This document shows positions 18,713 through 26,450 of a stretch of DNA of 59,012 bases, piece after piece; position 1 is the stretch's first letter; each line of letters begins with the position of its first letter. The notes under the pieces are model-generated. The model was not told the origin of the DNA. It was given only the letters and a program-made list of their open reading frames with translations, and searched no databases. A program made the translations under genes and the position numbers. The stretch is from an uncultured Oscillospiraceae bacterium (lineage in GTDB: Bacteria > Bacillota > Clostridia > Oscillospirales > Oscillospiraceae): contig CAJFVK010000001.1 of assembly GCA_904420435.1 (NCBI GenBank), positions 1 to 59,012 of the forward strand. The letters are read 5' to 3'.

Positions 18713-18731
18713 TCTCTGCGCAGCAGAGGGC

Positions 18732-20303
18732 CTACCGCTCCCCCCAGAGCTGGCCCAGCCGCTGGACCAGCACCAGGGCGTTCAGCAGCTGCTGGGCGTA
18801 GGCGGCCTCCTCCGGCCGGGCCATGGTCACGTACCGGGAGAAGCCCTCCCACAGGGCCTCCCCCTTCTCGGGGCTGCCTCCGGCCCGGAGGGCGAACAGC
18901 GTCCCAAAGAGGGGCCGCAGGTCCTCCCCCGCCTCCTCCAGGTGCGCCTTGGCCTCCGCCTCGTAGAGGGGGAAGGCGCTGCGGTCGGCGGTGATCTCCT
19001 CCGCCTCGCCCACGATCCCCTCCATCACCGCCCAGGGCAGCATGGCCTCCAGGGCATCCCTGGGTGCGGCAGCCCCCTCAAAGGGGTCCGGCTGCTGGTC
19101 GTCCCGCTCGAAGTGGTACCGGCCGTCGCAGCTCAGGTGGATCTCCCGGATGCGGCCCACGCTGTCCGGAACCACGAAGCACAGGGCCACATACTGCTCC
19201 GGGCCGCCCTGGGCCAGCAGCAGGCACTTCTTCCCGGGGCGGAAGGGGGGCTCCTGGCCGTTTTCCGCCTCCACCCGGGTGATGTGGGCCGGATAGGCGA
19301 AGTACCGGCTCTCCTCGTCCAGGGCGGACTCCACGTCCTTCAGCAGGGCCACCGTGGCCTCCGCCCCCTCCAGGCGGCTGCCGGAGTAGTCGGACTGGTA
19401 GACGCACTCGCTGTGGAGGGCCGGGCGGAGCCGGTCGGCGCCGCCTTTTTCAAAGAAATGGCGCAGCAGGGACAGGTCCTCCTCCTCGCTGTGGAAGATG
19501 CCCCCGGCATACTGGCCGATGGCGGGATTGCCGGAGAGGATGCACAGGGCCGACAGGGTGGCCCCCACCTGCACCAGGTTCTTCTGCTCCTCCGCCACCT
19601 GGTCCGCCAGGTGGCACACCTCCAGGTCGCCGAAGGTGGTCTCCACCGTGGCGCGGATGAAGGTGGTCATGGGCTGGAGCCCCATCATGGTGTCCCCTAC
19701 CCGCACGTCCTTCACCCGGCCCCGGAGGAGCACAAAGTCGTCCTCCAGCCCGGCGGCGGGCGCCTGGCCCCCACGGCGGAGCACATAGCCCTGGGAGAAG
19801 AGGCCCCCCTGGGCCAGGACCATGTTCTCGCCGGGGCCCTTCTTTCCCTGCAGGGCCAGGTAGCCCGCCTCGTCGGCGGCGTACTCCACCCACAGGGGGA
19901 AGGCGGCCATGTTCAGCCGCAGGGCCGTGCCGGGGTAGAAGGCGGGCAGCACGTCGGCGTTTACCAGATCCACCGCCACCGTGCCGCCGCCCCGGCCGGT
20001 GACGAGCAGGCGGCGCTCCATGCTGTCGAAGTCCGCCGGAGTGATGTCCTGGGCGATGGTCACATCCCACACGCAGTCCGAGGCGGCGTGGGTGTCCATG
20101 CCCAGCAGCTCCGACTCGTCGGTGTCGTAGTTCATGGCGGTGCGGACCACCACGCTGGCGTCCCCCATCCGGTACTGGAAGTAGTTGCCGCCGTAGCCGC
20201 GGATCTTGTCCCCCTCTACCGCCGCCAGGGAGGCAAGGCGCAGGGCGTCCTCCGGCTTTGCCACCAGGTCGCTCAGGCCGAAATTTTCAAAGGCTGTGGC
20301 CAT
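18732..20303 (-). CDS. Hypothetical protein (523 aa), no family recognised
   Basis: Long ORF with SD GAGAGGGGGAGAAG, starting 13 nt after the Dabb gene stop. The middle part (LLRHFFEKGGADRLRPALHSECVYQSDYSG) is vaguely NTF2/SnoaL-like. No motif I can name. Confidence 0.7.
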   Translation of the reverse strand: MATAFENFGLSDLVAKPEDALRLASLAAVEGDKIRGYGGNYFQYRMGDASVVVRTAMNYDTDESELLGMDTHAASDCVWDVTIAQDITPADFDSMERRLLVTGRGGGTVAVDLVNADVLPAFYPGTALRLNMAAFPLWVEYAADEAGYLALQGKKGPGENMVLAQGGLFSQGYVLRRGGQAPAAGLEDDFVLLRGRVKDVRVGDTMMGLQPMTTFIRATVETTFGDLEVCHLADQVAEEQKNLVQVGATLSALCILSGNPAIGQYAGGIFHSEEEDLSLLRHFFEKGGADRLRPALHSECVYQSDYSGSRLEGAEATVALLKDVESALDEESRYFAYPAHITRVEAENGQEPPFRPGKKCLLLAQGGPEQYVALCFVVPDSVGRIREIHLSCDGRYHFERDDQQPDPFEGAAAPRDALEAMLPWAVMEGIVGEAEEITADRSAFPLYEAEAKAHLEEAGEDLRPLFGTLFALRAGGSPEKGEALWEGFSRYVTMARPEEAAYAQQLLNALVLVQRLGQLWGER

Positions 20304-20316
20304 GCTTCTCCCCCTC

Positions 20317-20601
20317 TCAGAACTGGTAGTCCACGGCCACCCGGTCCAGGCGGATGGACTTGCACAGCTGGGACACCGCCACGTGGCGGGGGTCGTTCTT
20401 GTAGGTGTTCAGGTCCTCCAGGGAGTCAAAGTCGGACACCAGCACGGCGCTGTAGTTGCCGCCGCCGGCGCAGTCCACCCCCACCTCCTGGGCGCGGATC
20501 TGGGGGATGACCCCGTAGAGCCCCCGGAGCTGGTCCAGGAACTGCTCCATCTCCGCCTGGGTGCCCTCCCGGAACTTCCACATCACAATATGCCGAATCA
20601 T
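20317..20601 (-). CDS. Dabb (stress-responsive alpha/beta barrel) domain protein
   Basis: 94 aa. It has MIRHIVMWKF and DFDSLEDLNTYKNDPRHVAV, typical of Dabb. Confidence 0.85.
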   Translation of the reverse strand: MIRHIVMWKFREGTQAEMEQFLDQLRGLYGVIPQIRAQEVGVDCAGGGNYSAVLVSDFDSLEDLNTYKNDPRHVAVSQLCKSIRLDRVAVDYQF

Positions 20602-20669
20602 ATGGCTTCTCCTTTTTCAGAAATGGTTTCTTCTCATGGGCCCCTGGCGGGGCCCTGCCTGATTTTCCT

Positions 20670-20698
20670 ATTATACCGGAGGGGCGGGAAAAAATCAA
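20670..20698 (-). promoter_or_regulatory. Consensus-like promoter of the Dabb / 523-aa operon
   Basis: On the minus strand: TTGATT (20698-20693), 17 nt, TATAAT (20675-20670). Confidence 0.65.
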
Positions 20699-20752
20699 CC
20701 GAAGGGTGGCCGGCGGCGGGGCGGATCCCCCGGCCTTCCCCCGGAGAAAGAG

Positions 20753-20780
20753 GCCCCGGCGGAGGTTCCTCCGCCGGGGC
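20753..20780 (-). terminator. Terminator hairpin after metA
   Basis: GCCCCGGCGGAGG-TTC-CTCCGCCGGGGC, followed on the minus strand by CTCTTTCTCC. Confidence 0.65.
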
Positions 20781-20788
20781 TCCGGGCG

Positions 20789-21721
20789 CTATTTGTGGGG
20801 AATGCCCGGCAGCTGGGCCAGGTCGTAGGGGGTGGTCTGGTAGACAAAGTAGTTCAGCCAGTTGCTGTAGAGCAGGTTGGCGCAGGAGCGCCAGGTCACC
20901 CGGGGGGGCTGGGTGTCGTCGTCGTTGGGGTAGTAGTTCTTGGGCACCTCGATGGGCAGGCCCAGGTTCTTGTCCCGCAGGTACTCCTGCTCCAGGGTTC
21001 GGGCGTCGTACTCGCTGTGGCCGGTGATGAAGATCTGCCGGCCGCTCTCGGTGGACAGGGCGTAGATCCCCGCCTCCGGGGAGGTGGAGAGGATCTTCAG
21101 GGCCGGCACCTTCTCGATGTCCTCCCGCAGCACGGTGGTGTGCCGGGAGTGGGGCACCATGAACACGTCGTCAAAGCCCCGGAAGAGCATGTTGCTCCGC
21201 CGCTCCACAATGTGGGGGAAGATGCCGAAGAGCTTCTTCTCCAGGGGCACCTTCTGGATGCCGTAGTGGTAGTAGAGCCCCGCCTGGGCCCCCCAGCAGA
21301 TGTGGAAGGTGGAGTGGACGTGGGTCTTGCTCCACTCCATGATCTCGCACAGCTCCTCCCAGTACTCCACCTCCTCGAAGGGGAGATGCTCCACCGGCGC
21401 GCCGGTGATCACCAGCCCGTCGAAGTTCCGGTCCCTCACGTCGGCAAAGTGCTTGTAGAAGGCCAGCATGTGCTCCTGGGGGGTGTTCTTGGGCACGTGG
21501 CCGGCGGTGCAGATCAGCTCCAGCTCCACCTGGAGGGGGGTGTTGCTCAAAAGGCGGCTGAGCTGGGTCTCCGTGGCGATCTTGGTGGGCATCAGGTTCA
21601 AAAGCAAAATCTGCAGGGGGCGGATCTCCTGGGTGGTGGCCCGGGTTTCCGTCATGACGAAGATGTTCTCCTCCGTCAGCGTCTGAAAGGCGGGCAGCTC
21701 GTTTGGAATTTTAATGGGCAT
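20789..21721 (-). CDS. metA: Homoserine O-acyltransferase (MetA family; acetyl- or succinyl-transferring)
   Basis: 310 aa. It has [11 protein letters not shown] and [13 protein letters not shown], and is MetA-like over its full length. Confidence 0.93.
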   Translation of the reverse strand: MPIKIPNELPAFQTLTEENIFVMTETRATTQEIRPLQILLLNLMPTKIATETQLSRLLSNTPLQVELELICTAGHVPKNTPQEHMLAFYKHFADVRDRNFDGLVITGAPVEHLPFEEVEYWEELCEIMEWSKTHVHSTFHICWGAQAGLYYHYGIQKVPLEKKLFGIFPHIVERRSNMLFRGFDDVFMVPHSRHTTVLREDIEKVPALKILSTSPEAGIYALSTESGRQIFITGHSEYDARTLEQEYLRDKNLGLPIEVPKNYYPNDDDTQPPRVTWRSCANLLYSNWLNYFVYQTTPYDLAQLPGIPHK

Positions 21722-21745
21722 CGGCTCGCTCCCTCCCCGCCGGCC

Positions 21746-23023
21746 TTACGCCTGCTCCAGGGCCTGGCTCAGGTCGGCGATCAGGTCCTCCTTGCTCTCC
21801 AGGCCCACGCTCAGGCGCACCAGGTCCGCGCTGACGCCGGCGGCCACCAGCTCCTCGTCGTTCATCTGCCGGTGGGTGGTGCTGGCCGGGTGGAGGCAGC
21901 AGGTCCGGGCGTCGGCCACGTGGGTGGCGATGGCCCCCAGACGGAGGGCCTTCATGAAGCGGCCGGCGGCCTCCCGGCCCCCCTTCACGCCGAAGCTCAC
22001 CACGCCGCAGGAGCCCTTGGGCAGGTACCTCTGGGCCAGAGCGTGGTAGGGATCCCCCTCCAGGCCGCTGTAGCGGACCCAGGCGATCTTGGGGTGGCTC
22101 TGGAGGAACCGGGCGATGGCCAGGGCGTTCTCACAGTGGCGCTCCATGCGCACGTGGAGGCTCTCCAGGCCCAGATTCAGGTAGAAGGCGCTCTGGGGGG
22201 AGAGGGTGGAGCCGAAGTCCCGCATGAGCTGGGCCGTGGCCTTGGTGATATAGGCGGCCTTGCCGAACTTGGCGGCGTAGGTGATGCCGTGGTAGCTGTC
22301 GTCGGGGGTGGTGAGGCCGGGGAACTTGTCCGCGTGGGCCATCCAGTCGAAGTTGCCGCTGTCCACGATGGCGCCGCCGATGGCGCTGGCGTGGCCGTCC
22401 ATGTACTTGGTGGTGGAGTGGGTCACAATGTCCGCCCCCCACTCAAAGGGCCGGCACAGGACGGGGGTGGCGAAGGTGTTGTCCACAATGAGAGGCACGC
22501 CGTGGGCGTGGGCGGCCCTGGCAAACTTCTCGATGTCCAGCACCGTCAGGGCGGGGTTTGCGATGGTCTCTCCAAACACGGCCTTGGTGTTGGGGCGGAA
22601 GGCGGCGTCCAGCTCCTCCTCCGTGCAGTCCGGGGAGACGAAGGTGAACTCCACGCCCATCTTCTTCATGGTCACGGAGAAGAGGTTATAGGTGCCCCCG
22701 TAGATGCTGTTGGAGGCCACCACGTGGTCCCCGCAGGAGGCGATGTTGAACACGGCGAAGAAGTTGGCCGCCTGGCCGGAGGAGGTGAGCATGGCGGCGG
22801 CGCCCCCCTCCAGGGCGCAGATCTTGGCGGCCACATGGTCGCAGGTGGGGTTCTGGAGGCGGCTGTAGAAGTAGCCCTCGGCCTCCAGGTCGAAGAGCTT
22901 GCCCATGTCCTCGCTGGTGTCGTACTTGAAGGTGGTGGACTGGATGATGGGGACCTGCCGGGGTTCCCCATTTCCGGGGTGGTAGCCCCCCTGGACGCAG
23001 GTGGTTTCGATGCGCTGGCTCAT
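21746..23023 (-). CDS. metY: O-acetylhomoserine aminocarboxypropyltransferase (sulfhydrylase)
   Basis: ATG at 23023 follows AAAGGAG. The N-terminus is TTCVQGGYHPGNGEPRQVPIIQSTTFKY and the PLP-lysine block is HSTTKYMDGH. The ORF-track extension to 23176 is rejected. Confidence 0.92.
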   Translation of the reverse strand: MSQRIETTCVQGGYHPGNGEPRQVPIIQSTTFKYDTSEDMGKLFDLEAEGYFYSRLQNPTCDHVAAKICALEGGAAAMLTSSGQAANFFAVFNIASCGDHVVASNSIYGGTYNLFSVTMKKMGVEFTFVSPDCTEEELDAAFRPNTKAVFGETIANPALTVLDIEKFARAAHAHGVPLIVDNTFATPVLCRPFEWGADIVTHSTTKYMDGHASAIGGAIVDSGNFDWMAHADKFPGLTTPDDSYHGITYAAKFGKAAYITKATAQLMRDFGSTLSPQSAFYLNLGLESLHVRMERHCENALAIARFLQSHPKIAWVRYSGLEGDPYHALAQRYLPKGSCGVVSFGVKGGREAAGRFMKALRLGAIATHVADARTCCLHPASTTHRQMNDEELVAAGVSADLVRLSVGLESKEDLIADLSQALEQA

Positions 23024-23062
23024 ACTTGATCGGCTCCTTTTCTGTGATCTCTTTGGAAACTT

Positions 23063-23097
23063 AAAAAAATAAAAGGGACCGCCCGGTGAGCGATCCC
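23063..23097 (-). terminator. Leader (attenuator) terminator in front of metY
   Basis: On the minus strand: GGGAUCGC-UCACCGG-GCGGUCCC, then UUUUAUUUUUUU. It ends about 40 nt before the metY ATG. Confidence 0.8.
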
Positions 23098-23130
23098 AAT
23101 GTACCCTTTGCTCCGGCCCCTGAAACGGGC

Positions 23131-23226
23131 TCAGCGGGAAGAGGAAGCGGCACAATGGGAACGACAAGACATGCACATGCCGAACATGTACATCTCCATC
23201 TGATCCAGCATCATGCTGCGGGCCAT
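23131..23226 (-). CDS. Met/Cys-rich leader peptide (31 aa) of the metY-metA operon
   Basis: ATG at 23226 sits 7 nt after GAGAGGAAAGGGGA. Translation is MARSMMLDQMEMYMFGMCMSCRSHCAASSSR, with 8 Met in the first 19 codons and 3 Cys. The stop is at 23131-23133. Confidence 0.6.
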   Translation of the reverse strand: MARSMMLDQMEMYMFGMCMSCRSHCAASSSR

Positions 23227-23259
23227 GGACGAGTCCCCTTTCCTCTCGTATTCACGGGT

Positions 23260-23288
23260 ATCATACCAGCATCCGCCCCGTTTGTCAA
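23260..23288 (-). promoter_or_regulatory. Promoter of the leader-metY-metA transcript
   Basis: On the minus strand: TTGACA (23288-23283), 17 nt, TATGAT (23265-23260), with TG at -15/-14. Confidence 0.7.
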
Positions 23289-23295
23289 GGCGCCG

Positions 23296-23331
23296 GGGAA
23301 AAAGGAGGCGGAGGGGCGAGAGCCCCTCCGC
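23296..23331 (-). terminator. Terminator of the upstream membrane-protein gene
   Basis: On the minus strand: GCGGAGGGGC-UCUC-GCCCCUCCGC, followed by CUCCUUUUUCCCC. Confidence 0.7.
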
Positions 23332-23376
23332 GCCAGCTACAATCAATGAGAATAGGATGAAGTTGACCAAAAAAGC

Positions 23377-23826
23377 TTACGGGTCATCTTCCAACAGGTG
23401 GCCAAAACGCTCCATGATATATTCCCGGGAGTAGACAAAATCATCCTCCGTCCAGGACATATCCAGCATGGAAACAAATCCCGCCCAGCCGCCGCATTGA
23501 TCCAATATTACGAGCAAGATCCGCCATACGTTCCAGGTTAACCAAAAGATGAAAAAGGCACCGAGTAAAGAGCTGAGCTTGGCCGGAACCCGTCGGACAA
23601 TATGATACAGGAGAACCCCCGCATAGGCGGCGGACCAAAGGGTCAAAATCCCTGTCGGATACAGGAGGAAGAAAGCGGTTCGGGCTTCCACATACCAAAA
23701 AGCGGAGAAAACACCCGACATGAGTGAATATAAAACGATGGTGGGAACCACAAGAATCAGGACAAAAAGCGTGGTCTTCTTTCCCATCCAGCCCAGCGGG
23801 GTTAAGGTTTGAACTTCATCCATCAT
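23377..23826 (-). CDS. Hypothetical polytopic membrane protein (149 aa)
   Basis: ATG at 23826 sits 5 nt after GGAGG (the frame is open from GTG 23841). It has four hydrophobic segments and is visibly more AT-rich than its neighbours. Confidence 0.6.
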   Translation of the reverse strand: MMDEVQTLTPLGWMGKKTTLFVLILVVPTIVLYSLMSGVFSAFWYVEARTAFFLLYPTGILTLWSAAYAGVLLYHIVRRVPAKLSSLLGAFFIFWLTWNVWRILLVILDQCGGWAGFVSMLDMSWTEDDFVYSREYIMERFGHLLEDDP

Positions 23827-23992
23827 GAACCTCCATTCCACAAAGCGAAGAAAGTGACGGGATGGGCAAAATTTACATCTTTAGTTTATCAAAAGATTTA
23901 ATATTTGTCAAATAATACCTTATCGCTGGTGCGAAATATCGAAAAGATTTTGAAAAAACAGGAAGGAAGGCTTTTGCCCTCCCCCCACTCCC

Positions 23993-24021
23993 TTGACAGC
24001 CGCCGGGCAAAACCTTACAAT
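23993..24021 (+). promoter_or_regulatory. Promoter of the alcohol dehydrogenase gene
   Basis: TTGACA (23993-23998), 17 nt, TACAAT (24016-24021). Confidence 0.65.
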
Positions 24022-24072
24022 GAGAACAGCAGAGAAACGAAACGCTCCGGCGTAGGAAAGGAAGGGTTTCCC

Positions 24073-25257
24073 ATGTTCAATTTTACCTACTGTGCCCCCA
24101 CCAAGGTGGTCTTCGGCCGGGACACGGTGTCCCAGGTGGGGCAGCTGGCCGCCCAGTGCGGCGCCAAAAAGGTGCTGGTCCACTTCGGCGGCAAGAGCGC
24201 CAAGGCCAGCGGCCTGCTGGACCGGGTCTGCCGCTCCCTGGAGGAGAGCGGCGTGGCCTATGTGACCCTGGGGGGCGTCCAGCCCAATCCCCGGCTCTCC
24301 AAGGTCCTGGAGGGCATTGACCTGGGCCGCCGGGAGGGGGTGGACTTCCTGCTCCCCGTGGGCGGCGGCAGCGTCATCGACTCCGCCAAGGCCATCGGCT
24401 ACGGCCTGGCCAACGAGGGGGACGTGTGGGACTTCTACGAGGGCACCAGGGAGCCCGCCGGCTGCCTCCCCCTGGGGGCGGTGCTGACCATCGCCGCCGC
24501 CGGCAGCGAGATGAGCAACTCCTCCGTCATCACCAAGGACGAGGGGATGCTCAAGCGGGGCTGCACCAGCGAGCTGTGCCGCTGCCGCTTCGCCGTGATG
24601 GACCCGGAGCTGACCTTCACCCTGCCCGACTACCAGACCGCCTGCGGCTGCGTGGATATCAACATGCACACCATGGAGCGGTACTTCCACGGCCAGCAGG
24701 TGAAAAATGAGCTCACCGACGCCTTCTCCGAGGCCCTGATGCGCACGGTGATCCACAACGCCCGGATCCTCCGGGAGAACCCCAGGGACTACGACGCCCG
24801 GGCGGAGATCATGTGGGCGGGGAGCCTGGCCCACAACGACCTGCTCAACTGCGGCATCCAGGGCCGGGGGGACTGGGCCTGCCACCAGCTGGAGCACGAG
24901 TTGGGGGGCATGTTCGACGTGGCCCACGGGGCGGGCCTGGCCGCCGTGTGGGGCAGCTGGGCCCGGTACGTGTACCAGGCCGACCCCAGCCGCTTCGCCG
25001 GCTTTGCCCTCCGGGTCATGGGGGTGGAGCCGGGCCGGGACGACCAGGAGACCGCCCTCCGGGGCATCGAGGCCTATGAGGCCTTCCTCACGGAGATCGG
25101 CATGCCGGTGAACCTGCCCCAGCTGGGCCTCCAGGTGACGGACGAGCAGATCGACGAGCTGGTCTGGAAGTGCAGTTTTATGGGCAAGCGGACCATCGGC
25201 AGCTTCCGGGTGCTGGACACGGAGGACATGAAGGCCATCTACCGGATGGCCCGGTAA
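24073..25257 (+). CDS. Iron-containing (group III) alcohol dehydrogenase, butanol dehydrogenase/YqhD-like
   Basis: ATG at 24073 follows AGGAAAGGAAGGG. It has MFNFTYCAPTKVVFG, GGGSVIDSAK, and His-rich metal site blocks (HTMERYF, HQLEHELG). Confidence 0.9.
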   Translation: MFNFTYCAPTKVVFGRDTVSQVGQLAAQCGAKKVLVHFGGKSAKASGLLDRVCRSLEESGVAYVTLGGVQPNPRLSKVLEGIDLGRREGVDFLLPVGGGSVIDSAKAIGYGLANEGDVWDFYEGTREPAGCLPLGAVLTIAAAGSEMSNSSVITKDEGMLKRGCTSELCRCRFAVMDPELTFTLPDYQTACGCVDINMHTMERYFHGQQVKNELTDAFSEALMRTVIHNARILRENPRDYDARAEIMWAGSLAHNDLLNCGIQGRGDWACHQLEHELGGMFDVAHGAGLAAVWGSWARYVYQADPSRFAGFALRVMGVEPGRDDQETALRGIEAYEAFLTEIGMPVNLPQLGLQVTDEQIDELVWKCSFMGKRTIGSFRVLDTEDMKAIYRMAR

Positions 25258-25288
25258 CCGGTAAGGGAAAAACGGAGCAACAAACGAA

Positions 25289-25329
25289 GCATCCCCGGGA
25301 CGCCAGCGGCGTCCCGGGGATGCTCTTTT
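25289..25329. terminator. Terminator between the convergent ADH and 2-hydroxyacid dehydrogenase genes
   Basis: GCATCCCCGGGACGCC-AGC-GGCGTCCCGGGGATGC, followed by TCTTTTG. Confidence 0.8.
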
Positions 25330-25340
25330 GTGAGGGGGAA

Positions 25341-26303
25341 TCAGTTCACCACGTTCACCGGCCCGCCGGCCAGGAAGGCACGGATGTTCTCCGCCGTGGC
25401 GTCCATGATCCGCTGGCGGCTCTCCCGGGGGGCCCAGGAGATGTGGGGGGTGATGAAGCAGTTTTTCGCGCTCAGCAGGGGGTTGTCCCCCCGGATGGGC
25501 TCCTGGGACACCACGTCCAGGCCGGCGGCGTAGACCTTGCCGCTGTTCAGGGCGTCCGCCAGGTCCTGCTCCACGATCAGGGGGCCCCGGCTGTTGTTCA
25601 GGAGGATCACTCCGTCCCGCATTTTGGCAATGGTGTCCCGGTTGATGATGCCCTCCGTTTCCGGGAACAGGGGGCAGTGGAGGGCGATCACGTGGGACCG
25701 GGCCAGGAGAGTGTCCAGATCCACATAGGCGCCGATGGCCCGGCCACTGTCGGTGGGGTGGCTGTCGTAGGCCAGGACCTCCATGCCCATGGCCTTGGCG
25801 ATCCGGCCGGTCTGCTGGCCGATCCGGCCGAAGCCGATGATGCCCATGGTCTTGCCGTCCAGCTCAATGAGGGGGTAGTCCCAGAAGCACCAGTCCGGGC
25901 AGCTCTCCCACCGGCCCTCGTGGACCGCCTGGCTGTGGTGGGCCACATGGTGGCAGATCTCCAGGAGCATGGCGATGGCGAACTGGCCCACGGCGGCGGT
26001 GCCATAGGTGGGGATGTTGCTCACCGGGATCCCCCGCTCCCGGGCGGCGGCGCAGTCCACCACGTTGTAGCCCGTGGCCATCACGGCGATGAAGCGAAGG
26101 CCCTGGCAGGCGTCCAGCAGCCTGCGGGTGACCGGGGTCTTGTTGACCACCAGGATCTCCGCCTCCTGGGAGCGGCGGATGATCTCCTCCTCCCCGCAGG
26201 CAAAGGAGCGGTCGTAAACCGTCAGCTCCCCCAGGGCCTCCAGGGGGGCCCAGCTCAGATCCCCCGGGTTTTCCGCGTAGCCGTCCAGTACCACAATTTT
26301 CAT
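25341..26303 (-). CDS. D-isomer-specific 2-hydroxyacid dehydrogenase (glycerate dehydrogenase-like)
   Basis: 320 aa. It has the NAD fold GIIGFGRIGQ, a catalytic R...E...H arrangement (NNSRG, PHISW), and SD GAAGGAGG. Confidence 0.9.
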   Translation of the reverse strand: MKIVVLDGYAENPGDLSWAPLEALGELTVYDRSFACGEEEIIRRSQEAEILVVNKTPVTRRLLDACQGLRFIAVMATGYNVVDCAAARERGIPVSNIPTYGTAAVGQFAIAMLLEICHHVAHHSQAVHEGRWESCPDWCFWDYPLIELDGKTMGIIGFGRIGQQTGRIAKAMGMEVLAYDSHPTDSGRAIGAYVDLDTLLARSHVIALHCPLFPETEGIINRDTIAKMRDGVILLNNSRGPLIVEQDLADALNSGKVYAAGLDVVSQEPIRGDNPLLSAKNCFITPHISWAPRESRQRIMDATAENIRAFLAGGPVNVVN

Positions 26304-26450
26304 GGGATGTTCCTCCTTCTCATGCCGGCGGCGTCTGGGCGCCCCGGGCGGTTAGTCCCATTGTACACTGTTTTTCTTCCGGTGTAAATAAGATCAGGGA
26401 GAGGCCCCCTCATGAGAGGAGCCTCCCCCCTGCCGGAGAGCCGCCGGGCC

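Noticed and set aside
23024-23260. Expected S-box (SAM-I) riboswitch or Met T-box in the metY leader.
   Set aside because: I could not find the SAM-I core blocks or a T-box (specifier loop plus the conserved T-box sequence preceding the terminator). The region is instead occupied by a translated-looking Met-rich mini-ORF. This needs cmsearch confirmation.
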